DNA from: an uncultured Clostridia bacterium
GTDB taxonomy: Bacteria > Bacillota > Clostridia > Christensenellales > CAG-917
NCBI GenBank assembly: GCA_934254715.1
Contig: CAKQLT010000002.1
Span: 928 to 64,927 of the forward strand
DNA: 64,000 bases
Reading direction: 5' to 3'
Shown here piece after piece: positions 36,401-51,400 of this stretch (position 1 is the stretch's first letter; the number at the start of each line of letters is the position of its first letter). The notes under the pieces were generated by a model. The model ran no database searches and had not been told where the DNA came from. It saw nothing but the letters and a program-made list of their open reading frames with translations. A program made the position numbers and the translations under genes.

Positions 36401-39400
36401 GCGGGCGTACTCGGCGCAATGACGAACAATGCGAACGTCACGATTACGAGTTGCCAAAACAGCGGAACGGTGTCGAGCAGTCCCGAATCCAACGGCGTTG
36501 CTGGTATAATCGGTCGTACGGAATCGGCTTCAAACAGATTGGTCGTTCAAGGCTGTAAAAACACTGCGGTCATAACGGGCGACAGAAACGTCGGCGGCAT
36601 AGGCGGACGTATCGAAACCACGAGAAACGCAAAAGGCTCGTTGGTTTTTGCAAACTGCTACAACGACGGCAGTATCGCCGCAACCGCGTACGGCACGGTG
36701 GGCGGCATTGCCGGTTATTTCTTTGCAAACGGAACGTCGATAGCGGACGTTGCGACGATTTCGTATTGCTTCAGTTCGGGCGCGGTTTCGTCCAACAGCA
36801 CCGCTTCAGACAAGAATATCGGCGGTATCGTAGGCAATCCGAGAGCAAGTACGTTGACTTCCACGCGCGTGTATAACTGCTATACGACTAACACGACTTA
36901 CGCAATTTCGGGCACGGCAAACGCAACTATCGACAACACCAACTACGTCATTGCAAGCGGCGCTTCCGCACCGTCCACGACGAACGGCGGTAAATACTTG
37001 GTGTATAACTCTGCGTTTACTTTCAAACCCGCAATTATCAGCGGAAGTACGTACACGCCGTATAATAGTTGGACTGCGATTGCCGAATACGTCAACGCAA
37101 CCGTAAACGGCGAAGTCGTCAGAGTGTTCAACGACATAAACGGATTTATGGTGTCGGGCAACGTCGCGCCGAGTTCGAGTCAATATTTCCTTTCAAGAAA
37201 GGGCGTGTCGAGTTCGGAATATCTCACGCCGAGCAAGGTTGAAAACGGCAATCCCACGAACGCCGCAGACAGAAGCAATACCGCGACGTTTACCGTTACC
37301 GCGTGGTACGGCGCAAACACAAATAGCAATATTCAGTGCACGATAAGCACAGTTACGATAAACGATTCAAAAAACAATATTTACAACGGTCAACAGCAAG
37401 GCTTTGCAAGAAGCGAGGTGAGCAATCCGAACGCCAACAATAGCGTATACGGCGTCGTGTTCGACTACTTGCTTACTTCGCCGTCCGAGCATTTCGTCAA
37501 GACGTTTGCTTTCGATTCCAACGGCAACCAAATCGAAAGCGGAAGCAATCCGTATCAAGTGGGCGCGTATAACACGACCGTATTCGTAAAAATCGGCGAC
37601 GTTATCGTCGGTAAGAGAGTAAACAGAGTTTTTGAAATCGCGCAAGAAACGATTAACGTCGCGTGGGAATGGACGGATGGCAAGCAATCGACTTTGTTCA
37701 GCCGTATCGGCACGGGCGACGGCGTTCAGTTCGTATACAACAAAGCGGAACAAGGTTTGGGGTCGGTGACGTTCGCTTACAACAAAAACTCGTTCTATAC
37801 GGCGGCGGAATATATGTTTACCGCAAGCGGTAATTTGAAGTATATGAACGCAAGCGGCAACGCGTATTCCCGTACGTACACGCTGAACGACACGAGAAAC
37901 TTTAAGATTCATTCGACGAATACAAATGCGGATTTGTCGGGTACGACGGTTACGTTCGAGTGGATTATCCGCAGAAACAAACTCACAATCGAAAATAGGT
38001 GGGTGAGAGCGGACTTCGGAAAAGACTCGACTATTTATACCTTTGAATACAACGCGGCACATCAAGGTTTGCTCGCGACGGACGGTATCACTTATATCGT
38101 CGAAAACGATACGGCGGGTAAGTCGCACGAGATTTATTCGTGGGTTTTGTATATTGACAATCACGCAAACACCATAAACGTCGGCAAGTATACTCGCAGT
38201 ATTTACGTAAACGACCAGACCAACTACGTGATTGCCTACACAAATTCGTACGTCGGAAACGGCATTGCCAAACTTTCGGGCAACAAGGGCGTGAGCGTAA
38301 ACGATACGCAGTCTTCCGTGACGTATTCGTGGCAGATTCTCGCATACAACATTCTCGACAACTTTAATTCGGATTCGAGCAAGACGAAAGTCTGGTTCGG
38401 CGGTATCGCAGGCGACAACGGGCTTATCGTCGGCAATCAGTTGACTTCCGTCATTTCGGGGGCGACGAGAGACGGCAATAGCGTGAACGTCGCATATTAT
38501 CCGCTTCAATCCGCTTCAAGCGGCGTGCAACAAGTGCTTGTCTACGGTCAGAGCCGATACGACGAGGCAAAGTTTGTCATTTACGTTCAGTACAACGACG
38601 GTACGATTGCGCAACTCTTTGGCAACGAATATACGCTGTCAAACCTCGACGCGCCCACAAAAGAAAACCCAACGCCCATTAACACGAGCGTGACGGCAAG
38701 CGGTCAAGGCAACTTCGCGGGCGACCTCAGCAAATACTATACGGTTTTGTACAGCGATTTCGGCTGGAAGTCGGGCAAGAATCCCAACTCGGCAAACTGG
38801 GGCGCTGCGGACAATCCCTACGTCATCGACAGACCCGAATATCTGCTCAGACTCAGCCAAATCGTAAACGGCAAGGACAAGGCGTGGAACTCTATTGCAA
38901 ACACCTCATACTGCTATGCGCCGCAATCCACCGCAACCGCGCAAAACGCAACTTATAAGGGCGCATACTTCCTCGTCACCGCAAATATCGATATGTCGGA
39001 TTACGTCAGCAAGGACGGATTGACCAACTTCTTGCCCGTGGGCGACGGCTCGGCAAACGGTGAACGCCCGTTCTCGGCTATATTCGACGGCGGTAATAAT
39101 GAGATTAAATATATATATAATATCGGTTATTTCGTAAATAAAGCGAATCCGAGCGGCGAAGAAAAGTACGATTACGTCGGTCTTTTCGGCTATATCGACG
39201 GCGCGACGGTCAAGAACTTGACTGTTACGAGCGAGCGCAGTATTTCCTTCACCGTGGGCGACGTGACGTATAAGGGCGGCGTAAACGGCAGAGATTACGT
39301 CGGCGGCATAGTCGGCAAAGCGGTGGATTCCACCCTCGAAGAAGTCGTATTGAGATACGGCGATTGCGTGTACGGCAACGATTACGTCGGCGGCGTGGTC

Positions 39401-42400
39401 GGCTTTGCCCAAAACACGACGATTGCAAACTCGGAAAAGATTTTCAACGCGAGCGTAAGCGGCAGATTCTACGTCGGCGGTGTTGCGGGCGAGTGGCAAG
39501 TTTACGACAAATCCCAACTCGGATTGAACAACCAACAGAGCCTTACGCCTATCGACAGCAGCAGCGTAAGCGGCGCGAAGTACGTCGGCGGTCTCGTCGG
39601 CTGGCTGGATTTGTCGAATTGTTCGGGAAGCGTGACCTTTACGCCGCAATACGACAACGGCACGAGCAAAACTCTCGAAGTTAAGGGCACGGAATACGTC
39701 GGCGCGCTGTTCGGCACGCTCGTAGGCAACGGATACCGTCAAACCGCAAACAGCACGGGCTTGACTTCAATCGTCATCGAATCGAGCAAAGTGGGCAACG
39801 TTACGCTCAAACCCGTGACGTACTCGGACGGAAATTCGACGTATTTGCCCAAAGTGGTGGGCGGCCTCGTCGGATTTATCGAGAGCGCGGCACTCGTTTT
39901 CGGCACGAGTTGGAACACCGACAATATCACTTTCGACTTCAACAAGACTTCGACGTCGTTCCTCGGCGGCGTGGTCGGCGTTATGAGCAAAAATTCGACT
40001 ATCGAAATGTTCGTCTTGATCAAAAACGACGGCTCGCAACTCACCTCGGTAGACGGAAAAATCACGGCTAATACGCAGTTCGGACACGCGGGTTCGCCGA
40101 GTTCGAGCAACTACAACGCGGGCAGTTTCGTCGGCGGTATCGTAGGCTACGTTTCCTCGCAAGCGGGCTCGTTCTGGCGCGAGGGTACGACCATTTTCGG
40201 CAACGCGGTTCAATTTGAAAACACGGCAAACGTTTACGCAACGGGCTTTGCGGGCGGCATTTTCGGCGCGCTCGGAAATATCGCGCTCTCGAAGATAGAG
40301 CAGAGCGTAGGCGCGGTTTACGACGAAATATCCGTTGCGCAAAATCAAGATAACAGAACTAATATTCTTCAAAAAATCCTCGTAGGCGGCGTGCGCGAAG
40401 GCTTGTCCGTCACGACTCTCGGCATTGCGCCGACCACCGACAGCGACTACGTTTCGGGCGCAAACGGCAAACTCAGAAACACCGCAAGCGTGCAAGTGAC
40501 GAAGTCGAACGGCGTGGGCGGCGAATACGTCGGCGGTATCGTCGGTTACAGCGGCGCAAACGTACGTCTTGTGCTCAGAAACAAACCGCAAACGGGCGAT
40601 ATAGACGTGAGCGCGCTCAACGTGTACAGCGGCGGCGCAAACGTGGCGATTGCGGGCAGTTACGCGGGCGGTATCGCAGGTTTTACCGACAATCTCGAAC
40701 ACGAATTGCAATATATCGTCGTTCAAGCCAAGTTTACGGACTCGAACGCCACGAGAGTGGGCGGCCTTATCGGCGAAATGACAAGCGGCGCGATTAACGG
40801 TTGCGTGGTCGTGAGCGCAATGGCGGCAGGCGAGAGAATATCCTTTGACACGGACAACTTCCAAGGCACGGAATACGTCGGCGGTCTCGTGGGTAAAACC
40901 GAAAACGCGACCATAAAAGACAGTATCGCGACGGGATTCAACCTTCAAAGCACGTCTATCACCAAAGGCGGCGTGCTCGGCGGCGGTACGAACCCGACAA
41001 TCGAGGCAAGTTGGACGTTCTACATCGCAAACGAGGGCGCGACTTACTCAACAATCAGCGCAAACGAATACGGCAAATATATCCTCGTGGACAAGGACAC
41101 CATAACGTCAAACGGCTCGTCTTATCCGTCGTTTGAAAAACTTTGCGCTTTTGCAGGCATTGCAAACACGTTGCAAAACGGCGTTGTAGGCATACTCGAA
41201 TTTGCCCTCAACGTTCCGTCTGCAACGTATAACGCAAATTGGGGCGGGGCGCAACTCGCATTTTACGACGCGAGCGGAAGCGACAAAATTACAACCAACT
41301 TTGGCGCAACGGAAAACAATTCCGTAGGTGCAATCAAAGATTTTGTGAACGTCAACAACGTTGTGACAGTCAAACTCGATATGGAAACGGGCACGAGTAT
41401 GCAAGTGTGCATAGTCCCGATAGAGTTTGTCAACGTAAAAAAATGGACGACTTCTAACGATTTGTACGCAAGCACAAACTCGCGAAAATGGCAACTCAAT
41501 ATCGAAAATTCATACAAACAACCGTCTTCTTCTTCGAGATATGTCGTTTACGTCACAAACAATAACGAGGGAACGCTGAGCAGCAATAAAGAACGTCTTT
41601 ATGACGATGACGGCAACGTGCGTTACATTCAAGCCAGCGTTTTCTACAACTGGCAAGACAAAGACGGCAATGAATTTTACGTTCTTATCGGAAACGGTGA
41701 CAATAGCAACTTTGTAGGTAGTTATGACAAAGAATTGACACCCGGCAGTAAGGGAAATCCGTTCACGATAAGCAATCAGAAAGAGTGGAACGATTTTGCG
41801 CACAGCGTGTACAGCGGAACGAGTTATAGCGGTCAATACGTCAAGTTGCTCACCGACGAAATCGTTATCGACAACAGCGCGCACTACGGCACGGCAAGCA
41901 GTACGAAAAAACTCGATTTCGGCACGGCGGTAACGAGTACGCCTGCAAACGGTACGGCCGCGGGAAGCAACATCGGCTACAACTTTGCGGGCGATATAAG
42001 CAAGGACAGCAACGAGCATAACTTCCAAGGCGTGTTCGACGGAAACGGACACTATATAACCGTAAACTATAACAGCGGCGGATACCATCGCGTCAGCGTG
42101 TTCCCGAACGCCGCAAACGCAGAGTTCAGAAACCTTACGATAAAAGGTTCGATTATGGCGGCAAGCCAAATGACGGGCGCGGACGGTATAGCAAATTCCG
42201 CCGCATACGACATTGCCGCATTCGTCGCAAAACCGTTCGGCAGTCTCGAATTTTACAACTGCACCAACGAAGCGGACATCATAGGCTTGCGTAACGTTGC
42301 TGGTATCGTCGGTTACAACTCGGGCGGACACGGAATCAAACTCGAAGCGTGCGTAAACACGGGCAACATCACGTCGTTGCAAGGTATGTACACCGTCAGC

Positions 42401-45400
42401 GGCGGATTTAAGGATACCTACAAATATAACGACAACCTCGCCGACACGGGCGTCGGTGTAAACAACATCAGTTTCACGTTCGGCACGGGCGGTATCATCG
42501 GCTCTTACGTCGGCACGATAACGATTGAAAGTTGCCGCAACGCAGGCGAAATCATAGGCGGCAACAACGTCGGCGGCATTATCGGACGTCACGAAGGTTC
42601 GTCGAGTTCGACGGCAACGCTCACTATAAACAACTGCGCAAATACGGGCAACGTCCTTTCCAACTCGGGTTACTGGGGCGAGGACGAAGGCGGCGTAGAG
42701 GGCGCAAATTCCGAAGGCGTAAGACAACACGTTTTCGGCTATGCGGGCGGACTCGTGGGTATCACGGGACAACATTCAATCCTCAGAATGTACGCTTCCT
42801 ACAACACGGGCGACGTCACGACCTACTCGAACATCGTCGGCGGACTCGTCGGCGGCGTAGGCGCGTTGTATCAACCGTCGGGCAAAAACACAGTCAAGAC
42901 GGGCGGTAGGTCTATCATCGCATACTGCTACAACACGGGCACGATAAAAGCGGGCGGCACATTCCCCAAAACGACCCAAGCGTACGGCGGCGGTCGTGAA
43001 AACTTCGGCGGCACGGTGTCGGGCGGTTTCGTCGGAATTGCGGGCGATATTCAAATTTCGCAAGGCTACAATGCGGGCGACGTGTGGAATTACGGACATA
43101 TATCCTATCAATTCTCGTGGCAGGTGCGTGCGGGCGGTATCGTCGGACAATCCGAACCCGTGACCGAAAGCGGACATACGGGATACGTCCTTTTCGACAA
43201 CCTCTATAACGTCGGAACGATTTTCGTGCGCCCGATAGACTATGAAATCATATTCGGTTACACGGTCAAAAACAATTTGCGTTACGGCGCGGCAATATCG
43301 GGTTACTGCGACGTTTCGGACAAATCCGACAGAATCAAAGCGTCCGATTGCTATTCGATAAACAACTGTATTTCGTCTCGTTGCGCAGTTTTGAACGGCA
43401 AGGAATATTCCTATTACAAGAACGGTCAAAACAGTTGGAATCCCGAATTTAGAGACCAGTGGTATCAAAACTCGGGCGTCGGCGGTATCGGTGAAACGAA
43501 GGTCAATCTTCTTGAAACGGGTCGAGTTTACAACACCTACGACTCGTTGACCGCCGCAATGGACGAAAACAGCAAGTTGAGAATGACGGGTTCTAACTTC
43601 GCTTTCGACCAGTCCACAACCGCGCTTACGCTCAATTACGGCTCGGTCGGCAATTACACGTCAATCAAAGAGCAAATTATAGGCGCGGACGCAAGCATTT
43701 CGGACAATGCCGTCAGCAACCTTTCGACGATAGGCTGGAAGAAATTCCCCGACAGTTGGTTGTACGTTTACGGTTGCTTGCCGCAACTTTCTATGTTCGC
43801 ACTCGACACGCAAAACGGTTTGAGTATGCGTTCGGTCGGCTACGGTAAAGACGACTACGGCGTATACAACGACGAAGGCGTTGCGGCGGGTTCGGAACAA
43901 TATCCGTATATAATAAAAGACGGCGTTGACCTTATGGGTATGCAGGCTCTCGTCGACGCGGGATTGTCTTTTGAGGGCAAGTATATCGAAATCGCAAACG
44001 GTTCAAACAACCTCGAAGGCATTGCTTCGACGAGAATCGAACTCGCAACTTACGACGGTACGAATACCGCCGCAGTCAACGACGATAGCAACACTATGTA
44101 CAAAGCCGTAGACCAAAACGGCGATTACAAAGTCGGCAAGAGTTATCACTTGCTCTTGCAAGGCGCAATATTCAACAAGGCGTACAATCAAGGTCAAAAT
44201 CCGACGTACGTCGGCACGGACTACGCTTACTGGGCGTGGAATACTTACTACTATAACGGCGAAACCCTCTCGAACGTATGGGAATCGGGAAGTCCGAATC
44301 CGAATAAATGGGATTCTTACGGCAGTATGCGCCACTACGGCGTGTTCTCGCTGCAAAACTTCATTCCTATGGGCAGAGGAAACAGCGTATTCAAGGGCAA
44401 TTTCAGCGGTAAACAAGCAAACGGCGAAATGACCTATATCGACAACGTGCGCATTTCGACGGGCAAATACAACAATTCCTCGAACGTCACGTGCGGAAGC
44501 GAATACGGCGGTTTGTTCTCTAAAGTCGAAAACGCTTACATAGGCTACATCGCGATAGGCGGCAACAGCAAGATTTTGTCTTTCGCAAAGGAAAACGATA
44601 TTTCCGCAACGGGCGGTATCGTCGGCTTGTCGCTCGGCTCGTCGGTTATCGACAACTGCGGCGTGAGCGATTCCGCGACTATCGGCGCATACGGCGTTTC
44701 AAAAACCAATCAATACGTCGAAAACGAAAGCATTGCAAACAACAAAAAGTATGCAAAAGATACCTATGCGGGCGGTATAGTCGGTTTGGCGGACACGAAG
44801 CACGGCAATTCGTACAGCGCGGGTATTACGGCGATAATCCGCAACTGCAACGTTTCCACGACGGGCAATATCGAGAGCGCAAAAGATTATATCGGCGGCA
44901 TACTCGGTTACGTCGAGGGTTCGAGCAATGCGGAAGGCAAAGGCAACAGCGTTCGCATTGAAAATTGCAACGTGCAAAACGCAGTCATTCAAGCGGCGGA
45001 CAGCGCAACTACGTCGAGTTATATCGGCGGCGTGTTCGGATTCGGTTCGCAATACGTTTCCGCATTCGTCACTGGTTGCTCGGTGGGCGTAGGCGGCAAG
45101 GTTACGATTAAAGGCGAACACAGCCTCGGCGGCATTGCGGGCGGTATGTCCAACGCACAAGGCGGTTATATCGATTCTTGCACGGTCGGCGGCGGCACGA
45201 GCATAACGCGTATAGACCAAGGCGGCGACAAACAAGTTGTCGAAAGCGCGAATCACGGCACTGCAATCGGCGGTCTCGTCGGATTTACGCAAAACTCGAC
45301 GGACACGGTCAGCCCGCTCACCACGACGTTCAGCGGCACGTCCTCGTTCGCAGGTACGATTACTGTGGGCGTTGCGGCTACCAACCAATCGGCTGATTCC

Positions 45401-48400
45401 GACGCGGCAATAAGCTGTATCGGCGGTATCGTGGGCGATATGGGCAGCGGCGCAAACTTCGCTTCCGGCTCGGACGTCACCGTCCGCGGTACGATTTCCA
45501 TTCCGCTTGCGGCGGCAAACGTCGGCGGCGTTGCGGGTCGTACGAACACCGCTACGTTCATAGGCAAGTTCGACGTCAGCCCGAATATGAGCACCGCTAA
45601 CACCGAAAACGTCGGCGGCTTCATCGGCAAGAATATCGGCACTGTATATATCCTCGCCGACAACACCGACAAACTCGTCGACGGCAACCTTAAAGGCACG
45701 CAAATTTCAATCGGCGGCACAATCGTCGGCACGAACGAAGTTGGCGGCTTTATCGGCGTAAACAACTCGCAAAGCACCCTCAATATCGGCTCTAACGTCG
45801 CAAACGCAAAGCCGTATAGGTCGGGTACGCTCAACATCACGATTTCCGCAACCGTTACGGGTTCGGGCGAGAACGTCGGCGGTATCGTCGGCAAGAACGA
45901 GGGCGCAAGTTCTCTCGGCGCAACCGACTACGCAACCGTGGACATCGTAAAGGGCGTTATTCTGCAAAAGGGCGACATAGAAGGTCAAAAATACGTCGGC
46001 GGCATTATCGGTCTCAACCAAGGCTTGCTCACGACGGGCGGCGGCGAGGCAGACACCGCGATTGGCGGCGCAACGCTCTCGAACGCGCAAATAAATTCAA
46101 TCAAAAATCTTTCCATAACCAACGAAGGCAACGTCAAGGGCGGCGCATTGAACGGCACGGCCTACGAAAACGGCGACTACGTGGGCGGCGTTATCGGTTT
46201 GCTCGATTCGCCCGACACGCTCAAAGTCACCGACGAGGGCAAGGGCGCAATCGCGGGTACGTTCACCAACGGCGGCAAGGTCGAGGGCGGCAGATTCGTC
46301 GGCGGCTCGATAGGCTTCGTCGGCAAAAACGTCACGATTACCGCAAAAGATACCGACACGCTGTTCGTCAACAGCGGCGAGGTTACGGCGCACGGCTACT
46401 TCGCAGGCGGTTCTATCGGCGCGCTCGTTGGCACAATCGAGGGCGTAAGCACCGAATATATGGTCAACTTCGAGAACGAAGGCAACGTCAACGCGACAGG
46501 TTTCGTTGGCGGCTCTATCGGCGTGCTTGCAGGTCCGGTTAAATTCGCGCAATTCGTCAACAAATCGAACGGCTTGACGATGGAAGCGGTCAACGCGGTC
46601 GGCGGCTCGGTCGGCTACATCGGCTTGTCTTCTACGCTCAAAACCGTGCTCGATACGCTCGGAATCACGCTTGAAAGCGATTACGTTCAAATCGTCAACA
46701 CGCACTTCGAGGCAAAAGGCAATCTCACCGTCAACGCAAATCAAACCGCAATAGACGAAGCAAAAGGCAACGCTTCCGACTCGTCTACGGGTTGGGGTGG
46801 CGTAGGCGGCGCAATCGGCGTTATCGGCGCAAGCGTTGCAAAGTGGGGTTCGAGCGATAAGGAAAGAAACACCTACTACGCAAACGGCAACGTCGTTGCG
46901 AGCGGCATAAACAACGTCGGCGGTATCGTCGGTTTGGTCAACGCAAACGACATCACCATAAGCAATATGCTCGCGTACGGCACGACCGTCAAGGGCGGCG
47001 CAAACGTCGGCGGTATCGTCGGCGCAACGACGGGCGCAGGCACGGTTATCAAGTCGGCATACGCGGTCGAGGGTACGTTTGAAGGCTCGGAAATGGTGGG
47101 CGGCATTATCGGTCGCACCAAGTCCGACACCGACGCGAAATCTTCCTACTGGGTCAAAGGCTATCCCAACGCAACCCTCGCGGGTACGGACGTAGGCAAA
47201 CTGCAAACGGACCTCGGCAAGTTTGAAACCATAGTCGAGTACGTCGGCAGTCAACCCGTCGTGTTCACAGAAGAATTCTGCACGATGTACACGCCAAAGA
47301 CCTATTACGACGACTACACCGGCACGCATAAATACGACGGAAAGACCATAACCGCCGTAACCGACGCCAATATGACGTGGGAACAATACTTCGCCTCGAG
47401 CCTCGGCATTGCAAACGCGGAAAAGAAGAACGGCGCGTGGGTCAAACCCATTGCGGGCGCAAAGTCGTACACGACGGGCGCAAGCGACACGGGCTGGTAC
47501 TTCGTTTACGCAACCGATACCACGATAGGCACTATCAGCGCGGAACATTCCGTCAACGCAAACGAATCCTACTGGAAACGCATTGCCGACGCGTACACCG
47601 CAAGCGAGCGCGAAGCGGGCGACGATACGAAGGCTCTCACCGCTTCCGAAATAGTTTTGGGCGATAACGGTCAACCTCAAAAATCCACGCTTTACGCAAC
47701 CGCGACTTCCGCGGGCGAAAACAGCGGATATTATCTGTATATGGCAACGTCGGGCAACTCTCGTCCGAGCGCAACGTATTCGGACGGCTTGTTCTTTATC
47801 AAAACCCTCACCGCAAACGAAGACGCGCTCGCGGAAAACGTCGCCGTGTACTATCGCACCATTTCGAGAGGCAAATCTCTCACTTACAACGGCTACGCGC
47901 GTTTCGCGCCCGTCGGAATCACCGCTTCGGAAGGCGACGAAGTTCCGTTCGTCGAAAATCCGACGACGGGTACGCCCGACACGTACTGCTATTCGTCGGA
48001 TACGTCGGCGGACAGCACGAAGACCGACCCCAACGAAGCGGGCAAGCCTTACAAGTCCAAAGTCAAGATTTACTACTTTGACAGCGAAGGCACGCCTCAC
48101 GTAGTCGGCGGCGTAGAAATCGATTGGGAAATCAAAAAGCGCGATCTCGAAGCCTCGTTCTCGGACAGCGGCGAGAGAGTTTACGGCGTTGACAGAGCAG
48201 AGTCTAGCGACGGCACGGCCAAACACGACGTTACGCTTAAAATATCAAATATCGCGCCGAACAAAGGCTCTGATTTGAGTTTGATAATAACGATTAGGGA
48301 CAAAGACAACAACGCAACTACGTTTACACTCAGCAAAAATTCTATGACGCCCGAAGCAATAAACGGCATATCCATTGTCGGCGCAGGTATAACCAACTTG

Positions 48401-51400
48401 TGCGAAAACAAGTGGGATGTAAACGATTCGCTGTACAACGTCACAGAGCCGAGTGAAAAACAAACCTACGAGTTCTCTTGTGCTATCGACTTCCAGAACG
48501 CAAAGGAATACACCATAGAAATTTCGCTTTCGAACGCTTCGACTGCGCTGTACAATCTTACGGGCGATACGACCAAAGGATTCAACGTTAAACCTGCAAC
48601 GTTGACGATAAGCGGCAACGGAACGGATTCCGTTATGTTTGACAACAAAACGCACGGTTACGGTTGGACTATATCGGGACTTGTCAATAAAGCGGGATAT
48701 AGTGACACTATAGCGGTGCTTGCGGCGTTCTCGCCTAAGGCTTGCGCAAAACTCGAAGGCGAAACGAATCCGTATGAAGTCGATTTATATTCCAGTTCCA
48801 CAGCGTTGAAAACAGGAAATATAGCACTCGACTCATTGGCAGGCGTGTCGCTCACAATAAACGGAAATCCGCCTTCAATCGACCTCACGGGTGCAAAGAA
48901 AGCCGGTTCGTATTATCTTACCTTCGCAACGCTTACGGCAGGAAACTATACGCTCAATCTCGAAGGCAGTACGACTGCGAAACAGTCGAAGAAACTTGCA
49001 ATCTCAACCAATTCGCTAACGTTTGAATGGCAAGGTGCAGGTGGAAGCCACACTTACGATAAAGAAACGACTGGCGTTATAACGTTGACGATAAAAGCGG
49101 CAAAAGAAATCAGCGATTTTGCAAACTTTGTGAACAAGTATTTCACAATGTCTATGTCCGGTACGGGTAGCACTGTCAGTGCCGTCACGTCTTCAAACAA
49201 TACGACTGCAACCGTTAAGTTTACGACGGGCGTAAATGCATTGAAGTATTATCAGGCAAAAGTCACGTTGAATAAAAACGAAACCGACTTTATCGAAGAT
49301 AACAAGGGCAGTTGTTCATATCCGTCCGCGCTTTCAAACGGCGGTTCTATAATAAAGAATTACGAGATACTTCGTCGCTCGTTGTCGTTTGAGTTCTCGA
49401 CGAGCAACGGCACGTATAATGCGCAAAATCAAGGCTGGAACGGCGTTAGAACAAAAGCAAAAGCAAACGACGGAACGGGGCTTATAAGCGGTGACAGCGT
49501 AAAAGTCGGTATTGTTATTACGAGAAACGATTCTGCTTTCAAATCTGCGGCGAACATATCCGTGTCTACGTCGTATGTCACAGGCGGCTTGTCAACAATC
49601 GCGTGGGGTAATTATGTCGTAACGGTAACGCTCGATGAAAGCCAAAGCAAAAACTATACGGTTTCAAGCAGCGCGACGACAACGGCTTCGTGGAAAATCA
49701 ATAAGTATTCGTTGTCGCTTAAAGGTCTTGAAGGCGGGAAAAAGACTTATGACGGTACGGCTGTCACGCCAAAACTTTCAATCAACAATCAAGATATAAC
49801 TGACGGCAAGTATAATTATTACGGTGACGCGATTTCAATCACGTATTCAGTGCTCGATGCTGAAAACAAATCGCACGATTCGCTTGTAAACGTAGGTGTA
49901 TATAACATTTCAATAGGTGGAAGCGGAAGCAATGCGATTTCCGTTATTCCCAAACAGCGTGACGGTATCGATACAGCCGACAATTATGCTATAGATTCGT
50001 CGGAAAGCGGATCTACGACTTACACGATAGAACCCAGACAAATCAAACTCACTTGGCAAGAAATCGCGTCCTTCGTGTTCAGCAATGCGGCGCAAGGCTT
50101 GATAGTCACGGGCGTTGAGGGTATCGACGGCAACGGAAGCCTCGCAATCGTAAACGGTTCGAGCACGATAGACGGCGTGAATATCAAGGGATATGCAGGA
50201 AACGACGTCATCGAAATCACCATATCTGGCGCGGCAACTCACGTTGCGGACGGCAAGAAGTTTATGACTGCGGTCATAAGCAAAGTGACGGGAACGAATG
50301 CCGACGGCTCGGATTCCAATTTCAAAAACTACGAAATCGTCGAAGGTATAACGAGCGGCGAGTTCGAGATAACGCCGTCCGTCGTGTCCGTGCGCTTTAC
50401 GGCTACGAACGCAACGCTCGAAAAGGTGTACGACGGCAACAACAGAGTGACGGCACAAATTCTCGACAGTTACTTCACGTTGAGCGCAACGGGACACGTT
50501 CCTACGAAATTCCCGTTCACAATCAGCGGAACGTACGACGACGAAAACGTGCTTTACGATTCGAGCAACAACGTTATAAGAGGCAAAGAGGTCACGTTCT
50601 CGTATACGTTTGCCGACCCGACGAACGTCGGCGACTACGCTTTGGGAAGCGTCGATACGGCGGCGTACAACGTCGGAAAGATTACGCCGAAACACATTCA
50701 AGTTTTCCTCGACAAACTGCGCTCTAACAAGGCGACGAGGACGTACACTGACGATACGACCTACGGCGGCAGCGGCGTAAGCGGCAACGGCACGACGAAA
50801 CCATATCGCGCGGGCGAAGGCTTCAGAGTAAGCGGCGTTTTGACGGGCGACGTAGTGACCGTCTTCGCAAATTACGCCGAATCCGACAACTTGCGCAACA
50901 CCTCTACGAACGGCGGCTTCGACTTTGCAAAATACGTCAACGACGTATACAAAGACTCGGACGGCACGTTCAAGAAAGCAACTTCGGGTTCGTATCTCAA
51001 GAAACTCGTGTTCGAGATGAACGGCGCGGACGCAGGCAACTATACGTTCAACGTATATCATTCGAGCGACGGCGCATACAGCGATACGGACGGCAACTTT
51101 GCGACTAAAGTCACCGTGTACGACAGCAGAGAAAGCGACCAAAACCGCAAGAATAAGAGCGGCTCGCCGCAAATCCAAATCGAAATAACCGTCAAATCCG
51201 TCAAAGTGGAATACTCGAACACCGCTCAAAGTTACGCCAACGACGACAACACCTACAACACCGACTGGGCGCGCGTCGAGGGTACCAACAAGGAAACGGA
51301 CAAGGCGGGCGCGGACATCATCGTCACCAACGGCTGGATGTACGATGACGGCAAAGACCGCCCGATAGATTCCACCGACAAAAAGAGAGAATACCACGGC